Shown: positions 1 through 12,000 of the stretch, in pieces | Position numbering within the stretch: the stretch's first letter is position 1 | Layout of the letters: every line of letters starts with the position of its first letter | Assembly (NCBI RefSeq): GCF_963676685.1 | Contig: NC_092349.1 | Coordinates: 79,980,001-80,044,000, forward strand | DNA: 64,000 nucleotides | DNA from: Mytilus edulis | Taxonomy: Eukaryota | Direction of reading: 5' to 3' | Made by a program: the position numbers and the translations under genes | The notes under the pieces: generated by a model | What the model was told of the DNA's origin: nothing | What the model saw: the letters and a program-made list of their open reading frames with translations, nothing else | Database searches by the model: none

Positions 1-3000
1 GAGAAACGCCATCCTTTACATTGCATGGAAAAGACCTTATGAATTCATCATTGTAAAGGTGCTGCCAAACACAAGACCATTCTTTGTATAAATTCGTATT
101 GACAAAGCAATTCATGGATGTTGAAAAGCCTGTGCTGCAAGTGTATCTCATTGGTGATGTCAAAACCCGGGTGTCTGTGAAAAAAAGAAAGCTACGCAAT
201 AGTAAGAACACGTGTTATGCATCCACAGAGACAACAATTCATTACAATACCAAAACAAAACGAATGAATATAATAACATTAAACCACACTGTCTTTAACA
301 ATTACTTAACACAAACTGTTTAGCGATATACTATGTTTAACTGGTTAGGCTAAAGTTGATGCACCATAACAAATTAATGTAGATTTAAAAAAAATTATTG
401 TTTGTTATTCAGTAGATTTGCTTATATGTTTCAACAATCTGTTGAGTAAAATGCCTGGACACATTTCTTACAGAGAAAGCTAACAGCTTGATTAAATCAA
501 ATAGATTGCAATGTTTCATTTTCTTCAGAAAAATAATTCTAGTTTGGGTTTCTTTATATCATGACCACTACTTAACTATACCTGTATAATCAAGCGTTAT
601 ATCTGCATGAACACTTCCAACTGTATTTCTAACACTGATTCCATATTTTCCAAAATGAGGATGAGTACTTGGAACTATCTTCCCCTCAATAACAAACATG
701 TCTTTTTGTGTTTCTTTTACACTCAATAAACCAACCTGAAGATTATCTTCACTTGACAGAGTCCACGAAGCAGTAGGTGTTTCAAAACTTCTTATAGGAA
801 TTGCAATATATGCTGGCTTTCCAATTTCAGTATTAAAAACGAAAGAAGCGTTTGAAACAAGTTCTGGCTTATCTGAAGTAAAATAAAACATAATACATTA
901 AATGACTTTTTTACTGGGTTTTTTTTTGCTAATATCATGTAGTTTACTATGACTTTAAGAATGCTTGTGTTTTGCAAACTAGATAGTTTGGCATCTTGAT
1001 TATATTTATCTCATTAGTGCAAATGTTTAAATGAAATGAGGTACACTTGTACTTTCAGATTATTCAAAACACACTCATGTTTTCATCATTTAGAAGTACA
1101 TTAGCATTGGAGGATTACTTCATTGCAGATTGAATAAACTGTTCATATGAGTGCATTGGTACTTATCATAAAAATAGCAAATACTAAAGCGAAACTTTCA
1201 TCTGTGTATTATTTCTAAACCTCTATCACATTAGTGTTCTTGATCGGCCATCTCAAACTGTTGAAGTCATGGCTTTTTTAACTTGTTGCTTATGTTGTGT
1301 ATTTGAATGTTATCATTTACTAAATTATAAATTTACCACCTTTTTATCAAAACTGAGATCGGGAGTTCGGAAAGTGTATTTTGAATGCCTATGTTTTGTC
1401 TTTTGATGAAAAAATATCTGAATAAAGTACTCACATGTTACAAGTACGTTTATTTCAGCATTCCCCATCCCTACAGTGTTGTAAACGTTACATCTGTAAG
1501 TCCCTGTGTTAATTCTGCTTAAATTTGTAATATATAAAGTGTCATTTAATGTAACTTTTTCTGAAGATTCACTCAGAACAGTGTCATTATTGAATATCCA
1601 TACCAGTTTATAAGGCTTGACGTTAGTTGTATATTCACATTTCAAAACAATATCTTTCCCTTTAGCAGCTTCAATTACAGTAGAACCAACAGGTTGAATA
1701 GTTGTATATGGTAACTCTACAGAAATTAACTAAACTGATTATAAACGTATATATGTGCAATTCTATTAATAATACAAACTTTTTGTCATGACTAATAGAT
1801 TGTTGTTTATTTAACATCCAACGAAAGTTAAGGCTAAACTAATCTTATTGTCATCTATTCATTCGTGTTAGGCCGCGAAAACATGTCGCTAGCGAGTTGA
1901 TACAGCGATAAATCTTAACTTTAGACCAATTCCTGGTGGCTACTAGAAAAATGTCTAGAGTGTGGATTTCAGTTGTTCTTCCTCATAACTCTATTGGGGC
2001 ATTAATTGTGCAAGATCACAACAAGAAGTAACCTTACTGTTAGTGTCATAGCTAAACTTACTCGGTACAAATCAATTGAATAAAAAAAACTAGTAGCATA
2101 AATCGAAAGACAATATAGCGGGTATGTCAGTAACTGCTAGTATTCCTTTGTTAATTTGAATATCAATTTTATTTTGATTAGTTTCTTCCGTTATTTTGCC
2201 TACAATTGGATTTTGACTTCTTTTGAACTGAGTTTGACTGTTCGTATTGCTGTGTGTTTGTTTATTCTATATTAGCTAGAAATATACGGGAGGGTTGAGA
2301 TCTAACAAAACATGTTTAACACCGCCGCATTTTGGCGTCTGTCTCAAATCAGGATCTTGTATGGTTTTTTTTTGTGTTTTTTTTTATTTTGGTTCATTTA
2401 TATGTTCCGGAGTTTGCTGCGACTTCGATTTTCATTGAACTATTACAGACATGTGTTGAGCCTGTCTCCGGGAGGTTTTTTTTGTTGTATTGAAACCCAG
2501 TTCATGGCTTTGGACTCTTTTATGTTCTTTGGTCGGCTTCTTCTCCCTTTGACGCATTTCGCGGGGATTTCTCTTTTCAATTTTTAAAAAAAATATTTGT
2601 GTGCATTGTGTGACCATATACAATTTAAGACAAATTGATAAAAAACAAAATTCAAATTATCCAATTCAATTTTTACTACGGATTTTCTTATCCAGACATA
2701 GATTCCCTAAACGTTTTTGGCACAACTTTTTGAAATTTTGGGTTCTTAATGCTTTTCAACTTTGTATTTAAATTTTGGGTTCTTAATGCTTTTCAACTTT
2801 GTATTTGTTTGGCTTTATAACGTTTTTGATCTAAGCGTCACTGATGAGTCTTATGTAGACGAAACACACGTCTGGTGTATTAAATTATAAGCCTAGTACC
2901 TTTGATAACTATTCGAATGTGTTCTGTTCTATTTGTAATTTTTTGTGCAAACACGAAGGTCTAAGAAAAACGCAAAAAGGTAAAAAAAAAAAACAAACTC

Positions 3001-5823
3001 AAACATGTAAATGTTACCAACACAAACACAACCGAGAAATGTATGATAACCGTCACATTTATAGTAGTTTTGGTATCGTACAAATGATTATGAAAGTCAA
3101 CAGTACATGTATGGTCTCTGAAATCAAGCGTATTTTACGATAGCTTACCTCTCACGTACAGTTGGACTTGGTATTCAACAGTATCTTCCGTGTTGCTGTT
3201 ATTAGCAAAACAAATATATATTTGCAAATGGTCGGCAACCACAGGAACAAATTCATACAGCAGAAGTGTCGGTCCTCCAAAAACTAGTATTGAGTCATTG
3301 TGTACCCACTTCATGTTTTCTGGCGGGTTACCACTCTCAACACGACATGATAACAGGCTATTTTGACCCTCATTTACCTCTAGAAGTCCATCTGTCGAAG
3401 TATTCATCACTGACATATTACGTGGTGACCCTGATATAACAAAGAATTAGTATGTACACTTCCTGCTAAGAGACAATTCTTACGATACAGTTATGTTTCT
3501 GGACCGAGAGTCATTCTACGTACTTCCTTAGTGATATTTACAACTTTTAAAACACATGATGAATTCGTGTGGCTATTTTGGTTGTACGGAATTTGGAAAC
3601 TAATAGTCACGTCCTATAAGAGTAGGAAGATTAATACAAAATCCCTGGTAGAGTGAGCTATGCGCTTTCTGTCAATTAATAAACCCTTGCAACTACTATT
3701 TTATCACTCTAACCAACATACCCTAAATATCTAATTGAAGCCGATACTTTCATCCTTTTATTTCGATTTACGCAAGTTGGAGAGCTTGTCGATTGTATTT
3801 TTATTTTATCTGTTCTCGTCTTGCATATGTATGAAATAGTTGCCACTTGCCATCAAGTAAACAACAACTAATAAATTGATCAACGAAATAACGACACTGA
3901 AGTATTCAAAGTTTGTGTGTGTTTTGTTATTTTTTTCGACAAATCGCCTATAAATTAATATTTTTATAAATAAATAAATAAATCATCTAGAAAAGCTGTT
4001 TTCATCCCATTCTATTTTATAGTACGTGTATGTTTCTATTTGGAATTGATTAAATGAGCAATATGAGCAATATGACGTAATCATGATTGTGCACATACGC
4101 CTTTTTGCAACTTGCCTGTTTTCTTTGATATCACCAATATTAATAAACACCGAATTTTTCCTTTATATGCAACACGTTATGTGCCTGAGTGTATTGTGAC
4201 ATAATTGCTTCCTTGTCACTCCAAAATTTCACATTCGGCTCAGTTAAGATTGATATAATTTGCTTGTACTGATAATCGTTAAACTGATAAAGGCGTAAAG
4301 CTAGACAAGAGACATTCACCAATCTGTCATGATGTGATGCAACACATAAATATTCTTTGACTAAAAGTATCACGGCCAGTGTCACTTAGGAAGAAATATA
4401 AGATGACTTTTTTCCAGATGAGATTATCCAAGATTTTGTTAGGTCATGTTCGTTTTGCTTAGATTTTAATACTTATGTTGTAGTTTTTAGAAGAATGTTT
4501 TTAGGTTTATCATCATTTTTGTTTTGTTCATGGCGTTCTGTGTTTGACTTCGACTAGTGATTTCTAAGGTTTCAGGTGAGCACGCGGACACTCACGTGTG
4601 TATCGAACAACATATTACGCTAATCGCTTTAGTGAATGAAATACTTATTCAGGTTTGAATGACATGTATGAATACAATAAGTTAGTTGTAGTTTTCCGTT
4701 CAAATGGAAGTACACGTTTATCATCAACCAAACGAAATATGAAAAAATAAAAATAATAAACTTGATGGAATATAAATCAAAATGTTATTGATTATAGACT
4801 TACTGTAAATTTCTAAATGATAGTCGACATGTACTGCTGTGGAACCATTTATGTTATTACAACGGTAGAGTCCTTCGTCTGCAGCTGAAAACCCGTTGAT
4901 TTCCAAATTGTATTCTCCAATTATATGGTTTCCAGTAATACGTAGTTTTTCATAATTAGTCAGTGTTTCCTTGAGATGTGCCCCATCACTGTAAGCCGTT
5001 AGAGATTTCGGTCCAACCCATTGTGCTTTGTGAATTGTTGATTTGAATGGACAAAGTAATGTTGTGTTTGATCCCAATTTTATATACAAAGTGTCAGCAT
5101 TTGTGTAATTATAGAGCAGACAAAACACTTGAAAAAAGAAGAACAAAACAAGACGTTAATTATTGTTTGTTAATCAATCTAAAGCACTGACACGCTTATA
5201 TTACCATAATCAAACATTATTATTATGAAAAGTAAAGAAAATAAACGGGTAATATGCTTTGTGGACTTTTTGTGAAAAACAGAATTGTCCGCAATTAACA
5301 AATATTGTATCCATGTATCTTGTATCTTTAAAATTAGGTGCCTCGCTATCAATATTTCAAATTACCCGTTCTTGCTAGGAAATGACGAGAACGGGTTTAA
5401 CAGTATTGTTGTTTTATCCTTTTTGATCTGTTATTGCCGCGGTTTTATATTTAGTTTGGGTGAGCGCGACTGTTAAGAAGTCTCATTATGTCTCAATAGG
5501 TTTTCGTTTTTTTTCCTTTTATCAAACATTTTTTGATGTATGGTATTGTGAAATCTTTTGTGGGAATACATTACTCATTATTACACTAATCATTTTCGTG
5601 CGTAATAAGATTTTTTCTATTTATAAAAATGCTCCTCAGCTTTGCACTTTGTTTTGCCTTTTTTTCTTTTTTGGATTCGAGCGTCACTGATGAGTCTTTT
5701 GTAGTCGATACGCGCGTCTGGCTTGAATACCAAATTTGGTCCTGGTATCTATGATGAGTTTATGTGTTTCTGTTGCGGAAAACTCTTACCTTGTATGACA
5801 AAAAAGACTCTATGGATGATCAT
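1..5823 (-). CDS. Multi-Ig-domain cell-surface/secreted protein (IgSF), 5' part; exons 5790-5823, 4804-5127, 3149-3430, 1435-1716, 582-872, <1-174; continues past the window start
   Basis: All exons are bounded by AG/GT with phase-1 junctions in one continuous frame: signal peptide MIIHRVFFVIQ-VFCLLYNYTNA; V-type Ig (TLLC..QW..YNLEI..ADEGLYRC); Ig (LLSCRVESGNPP..KW..YIC); Ig (LKC..VW..LYITNLSRINTGTYRC); Cys-less Ig-like (GKYGISVRNTVGS); a further C..W exon. One Ig domain per phase-1 exon is typical of IgSF genes. Confidence 0.85.
2140..2585 (+). repeat. Interspersed non-autonomous repeat (bivalve-type), diverged
   Basis: Contains GAGGGTTGAGATCT..CATGTTTAACACCGCCGCA..CTGTCTCAAATCAGGA, related to the block at ~56365-56440; the overlapping ORFs have low-complexity composition. 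Confidence 0.45.
2690..2912 (+). repeat. Copy of interspersed repeat family A (also 5670-5762, 50596-50990, 53030-53335), with an internal 37-bp tandem duplication at 2733-2806
   Basis: Shared core GCGTCACTGATGAGTCTTATGTAGACGAAAC..CGTCTGG..TAAATTATAA..TACCTTTGATAACTATT is the reverse complement of the start of 50596-50990. Confidence 0.75.
5670..5762 (+). repeat. Short copy of interspersed repeat family A
   Basis: GGATTCGAGCGTCACTGATGAGTCTTTTGTAG..CGCGCGTCTGG..CCTGGTATCTATGATGAGTT is the reverse complement of the split copy at 53030-53335. Confidence 0.7.
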
Positions 5824-8800
5824 GCTGCCGCCTATTATTAAAATAATTTACAAATGTATAAAGACATAAAACAGATATAAGTATACATTTGTATAAAGAT
5901 AAAAAAAAAAATCAATATTTATCAGATCATTAGAAAAAGAGAAAATATGGGTTTAAAGTGTATTTAATTCAAATAAAAAAACACGTGAACCTGATAGGTA
6001 AATGGCTGAAATAGAGACCTCCTGATTACCTTATAAGAAATATGGCATGTGTTTTAAGGTGCTAAGTACAAAGAGGTATGTCAAATATTATTTCTATCTT
6101 TCTAATAGTTTAAGGTTTAAAGTTAATACTTGTCTTTAATCTGTGCTAATATGCCTGGTCTATATGCCATTTTGTGCTTCTTTATTACATATTTGTATGT
6201 TTTTTTACAATTGGCATTTTCTTTTCTTACATGATGGACATAGCTGAGAAAAGGGAGATTATGTTAGGAATAAAACAAGATAATGAAATACAATACCTAT
6301 TCCTTTTGTTCGGGAAATATTGACGAATGGGAAAACGGGATCAGTCAAAGAGACAACAAAATGCTTAATGCTACTAATTGGTCTTTAACACAAATAGACA
6401 ATACCACACCTTAAGGTATAAAACCACTTATTCATAGCCCCATTGCTTTCTCTGCTAAATTCTGCAATGTCAAGCATTAATGGTTACGTATATGTATGAA
6501 TTGTAGATTGTATTTCTTTAATACATGAAATTTACCAAAAGTAAAACGAATACTTACATTCAAATATCAATTAATCCAATACTTAGCGTTGATGTTTACC
6601 AAATAGATATATGTTGTCATCATAAATTTCCGTAATAATCTTTTCTTTTTCCGGTTATTGTTATAGATATTTGTTATTTGTTCCAGTCTCGAAAACATCC
6701 TTCTAATGCTTATTAATTACAAACTATTTTCTGCTAATTGATTATTTGATGTTTTTGTCAGTTGAAAATTTGTCATAATTATAATTATAAGGAAACACTT
6801 TTGAGTGATGACCTTAAACTAAAAATCGGCATTTCATATAGTGAAATATAATTTCATTATTTTTTTCCAAAAAATTCACATTTGTATAGAAAGCACAGGA
6901 AATCGGCAAAAAGTGTCAAATTTGTTTTGAAATTAACAAATTTCCAATGGCTAGTGTATAGAAAAGTATCATCACAAAATTACTGTTATCGGAGGAAAAT
7001 TCAAAACAGAAAGGCAAAATCAAAAGTTCAAACACACAAACGAATGAATGAATGACAAATGTCATATTCGTGACATGGTCAAGGCATTTCAGAGTAGAAT
7101 GTATAGAATTATTTTTTTAAATTGATACATTATTGATACACAAACTTTAAATGGTGTTATTGATAGACATAAATATGGTCAACGACTTTTTTCAAGCGAT
7201 AAAAAGGATAATTGGGTTCCATTGTAAGCTGTACAACAATCTTTTTGTGTGTATCATAACCATAAGTATTAGATACACCCAAACTGAAGTCAATGGCTAA
7301 TGAATATTTGTTTTTCAATTTTCCAGTTTCGGAATAAGGTAGTTAGTTAAATCTGTCAAGTGACTTCCATCACCACATGACTAACATATTTTGAAAAATA
7401 AAATAAAATTGCATTATGTTTCCGATTTTTATTGATAGTTTAACGAATCTAAGCTGTATACAAATTTTGACAAAGCAATACGAAATAGCTCATTTACTGT
7501 ACCTGATCGTCAACGCAGCAGCTCTATTAAAACAAATAACGTAACCCACTCTTCATCGAACTTTTGCCATGTGTTCATATTTATTTTACTGTTTGCATAG
7601 GTATAATAAATTTTGTTGGGCAGGAGCTGTTTAATTTTTTTTTATTAGGTTCTTGTTCCTCAGTCTTTTTGTGTTCTGAAGACTGGTATTTGTCTCCTTT
7701 GTTGTGTAGTTGAAGCATACTTAACCTAAATATCGTATAAGAAAAGTAAAAAAAATAAAAAAGACTCCTAGGATAATTCGAAAAAACGAGATGTTCGTAT
7801 CAATTGGCAAAATCAAAAGCTTAAAGACATCAGACGATTGGAAAACAACAGCCATATTCATGACTTGGTTCGTGAACTAAACCAGTTTAAAGCTGGCTAA
7901 ACTTCTCACTTGTATAAAAGATAAATTGAAGCAAAACTGAAAAAAAACATTGAGTGGAAATGAAAAAAAAACGGACGGTTTTAGACTATTTATTTTCATT
8001 TCCACTATTCGAAATAATAATTATCAGATATCTATATGCAAATTCAAAATCTCTAATTGTTTCTTTTTAAACCAATGATATCTTGCCTGGACATGAACTA
8101 AATAAAAAAAATATACAAAAAAACGACACGATTGCAACCAGGTGTACCGATGATTGACAATTATACAAAAATGAAAGATGTTTAAGAAAGAAACAAAATA
8201 GTAATAAGTTATGTTGATTTAACAATTCTTTGTGGGATAAATTAATTGCATCAATGCCAAAAAAATGTCTAATCTAAATTACGTATATTTTATTAAATGA
8301 TGTGTAAACAAATATAAAAATATTAAAAAACAAACAAAAAATCGGCATAACATATTAACTTATAAATAATATATGTATTAATTAATATATGTAATATAAT
8401 TTATTTATTTTGTCACACAGTGAGATGGTTATCCTCCAAAAATAAAATAACGGACAATACTTTACCAAATAAACGACAAATCATGCAATCAGATAAAATA
8501 TTTCTAATTTTATTTTTATTCTTTTTTATCTGAAAATCATCATTGTTTCATTGAAAAATTTAAAGGTTGATAATTACATCTCCATAATGTTAGATAAATA
8601 ACAATAGAAATATTCCCAAACATATAAAGACTTAGATAACGTCTCCTAAAGATACAACATGATTACGTGGAAAACTAGTTTGTGTATTTTGTTTTATATA
8701 TATTTTCTGAATTCTGAACGGGATGGATATTATTATCCTGTCTTGGGCTATTTTAATTTTTTCTAGGCTGCTATTTTGATTTCAAAGATAATCCTAATGC

Positions 8801-9040
8801 ACCCAAAACCATTTTCCTTCCCTTTATTAATATCGGCCCGTACTTCAATGATAATATTTTGTGTGCTCATCTTTTATCAATTTTGTCATCACATATTGAT
8901 TCTCAAGCATTATTAAAGATATTATATTGTCGATATGCGCATATTGTGAAGTCAACTTGGTACTGTTCATGTACTTGAACTCTTACACTCTTAAGTATGA
9001 TCTACATCAATTCAAATATTGTATGTTCATGTTACAAATG

Positions 9041-12000
9041 TTACAATGACTGTTCTTTTTGGGACTGCAAAGGAATTATCACATCTGGTTCTTTGTTCAG
9101 TGGTATATCGTTAGGAGTTCTACCAGCATATCCAAGGTGGAATTCGGTGATGGATTTGATGTAGCCTTTTTGTTTGATTATCATGGATATCATTATTACA
9201 GAAACCAAAACTAAAATCATGATGACAGCAATAACCAGTGTGATAAGCCAATGATCGTTTAGGAAGTTGCTGTCTCTGGGTGGAACTGAAAATAAAAAGG
9301 ACAATATCACCAATGTTTTTCATTATTCTACATTTCTAACCATGCGTTTAATTATATATCTAAAGTAATATTTCTGTGGAGGGTTTAAATATGTGCAAGT
9401 TATTGATTTTGTTGAATTGTCACTACACTTAATTATGTACTGCTAAAATACTGTACAACCAATATGGTTACAATTGCGCAATTATTTGTTTACATTTCAC
9501 CGGGAAGTTTTTGAACCCAAGATGGTAGTAAGGAAAAAAATCTATGAGGCTTCTGATTGGATGGTATGCCTTCCATTTATTGATTTTATGAAAGATAAAC
9601 CATTTTTGTGCAAAAATAGTAACAATTTGGAATGATTGATTTAGTATTCTCTGTGGAAATATTTTTTTTGTGGTAATAGGTTGACTGAAAATTTTGCTAT
9701 GTCATTTAGTGCGGATTTTGGAAGCGTCCATAACAACAGCTATTTAAGGCAATTTCCGCCGCATAAGCATGTTGTTTTTTTTTACTGAAATAAATTCTTA
9801 GTATGTCTCCTTTCAGATTCTGGCTTTGGTTTCTCTGCAATTTATGTACTTTTTTTTTTATTAGGATTCAAAGAGACAGGGTACCCTATGTAAAATGCAT
9901 TGTAAATAATTGCGCAATTGTAACCTATAGAATTTCTCTACTTTCACTTTCGATATTGGATTTTCAGAAAATCTGACTCTGAATCAAACATTCAATTGAT
10001 TTTGATTGAATTTTAATCAATATGGATGACTTTTGGAGAGAACTACAACACAAATTCAACAAAAAAACCCAGGGAAGTGTCAATGGAAAGGGGTGTATTG
10101 AGTGGTCGGGCACAAAAAAGGGAAAATCTGGTTATGGCATACAGGTTGTGAAATGGCCACAGGGGGAGAAAAAAAGGGAGGCTGCACATAGAGTGGCATA
10201 TATGATTAGGCATAAATTGACCAGATATGATATGCCAAGGGTGGATGAAAACAATAATACAATAGAGTGTAGCCATATTTGTCACAATGCATCATGTGTA
10301 AATGTAAACCACCTTGTTTTAGAACCTCATGCTATTAACTTGGACCGACTGCACTGTAAAAACCAGGGACTATGTTCAAAGAGTCACAAACCATATTGTT
10401 TAATTTAAAAGTACTAAATTTATTTATTTTCGAATAGAAATCTTCTTCTGCTTCTTGTTCTTAACATACGGGTGGTCTTCATGTTTTGATTTTGATGATT
10501 TTATGCCGCGGTCAGCTTTCATTAGCATATTCTTCTCATATTGGATTATTTCGCTGAGTTTTTCATATAATTTGTATAACTTGCACCTTTTTTCACCTCG
10601 AAATACTTTATAATTTACACTTTGTTTGTGTTTTTTCTGCAAAATGTCAGTTTTTTGAATATTTTTCAGAGCCTTGTATGCACTACTGCCTACTGGAATA
10701 TCACAGTGTAGAGCACTACAGAGTTCTAATATAGACTCCCCTGGACCATTATTAACGCTGTGAGCTGCTGCATGTGCACGACCAGACATGTTTTTCTTGA
10801 AAGTAACATTTGAAGGTAATGATCTTCTTAAACACCTATTAAATCCCTCAACAAAATTGGTGTTCATGTTTAACCGTGTCTTTTCAAGCACTTTGGAACC
10901 AAGTCGCTTATTTATTTGTTTCCGAAGCGAGTCTAAATTCTCATTGCAGCTACTTATATTAAAAGAATTTGGTAAGAAAGGACGGCCTTTTAACCACGAT
11001 CCCTGAAATCCTTTACAGGCAAAGGAGTTTTTTCTGCACCTGGCATGATCTCCCATGTAGCAGTAAGCTATGGCATCCACAGTGTGAGAAATTTTATTTT
11101 TTACTTTGCAAAAGTCTCCAGCATAAAATTTATAGGCCAGTAATAGTTCTCTGTTACATCTCTCAGTCAGATCAACAGAGAAATTATTCAAAAGTTTTTG
11201 TCTTTTTAGTTTTGTTGTAGCTGGCATCACTTTTAAAAGAGTTTTATCTGACTTTGCTCCTTTACGTACATGGTCGGAAAGATGTCTAGTGTCTAAAAAG
11301 TTTTCTGGCTCAACAGTATTTATACCCTCATTGTGAAGGTCCATGGCAGCTTTATAGGCAGAACTGTCTGCATCAGTAACTAAATGCTCAATTTCAAGTT
11401 GGTCTTCCTTTAAATCAAGGAGGCATTCCCTGGCCCAGGTATACTCATCTCCTATACTTTTTACCATGGGTATATTTGCACTGCAATCATCTGTGCAATC
11501 TTCATGAAGTCGGCCTGAGTCATTGTCTACGTCAAGACTAGAATGTTTGGAACAGAGCTTGTTTTTGATATTTAATGCTAATATATTGTGTTTTGATGTT
11601 TCATTTTCAGCTGCCGTATAAATTGTTTGTGTTGCCGGTTGAAATGGAGTGCGGCCTACACCAGAATACAGTGGATTATTGTACATTCCATCCATTTGAA
11701 CACTTATAGCATGTGGATTTTCCTTGCCTCTTAACTTATTTATTTCTACAATATCATTTCTTCTTCTTTTCATATCCTGTTTATTAATTTGTTCAATTTG
11801 TTTCATGACTGTATTTGCTCTTCTTTGTAGGCTAGATGTTGTTGGAGCCAAGATGTTACCACTTAAGAAGATTTTTTGTATACCAGAATAAGCAATGGGT
11901 GATTGACTCAGGCCGACATGAATTGCAGTGTCAAGTTTTGATGCTTTTCTCCCAGGTTTCCCACTTTCCAATTCTTCATACAGGGTGTACCGCTTTGATT

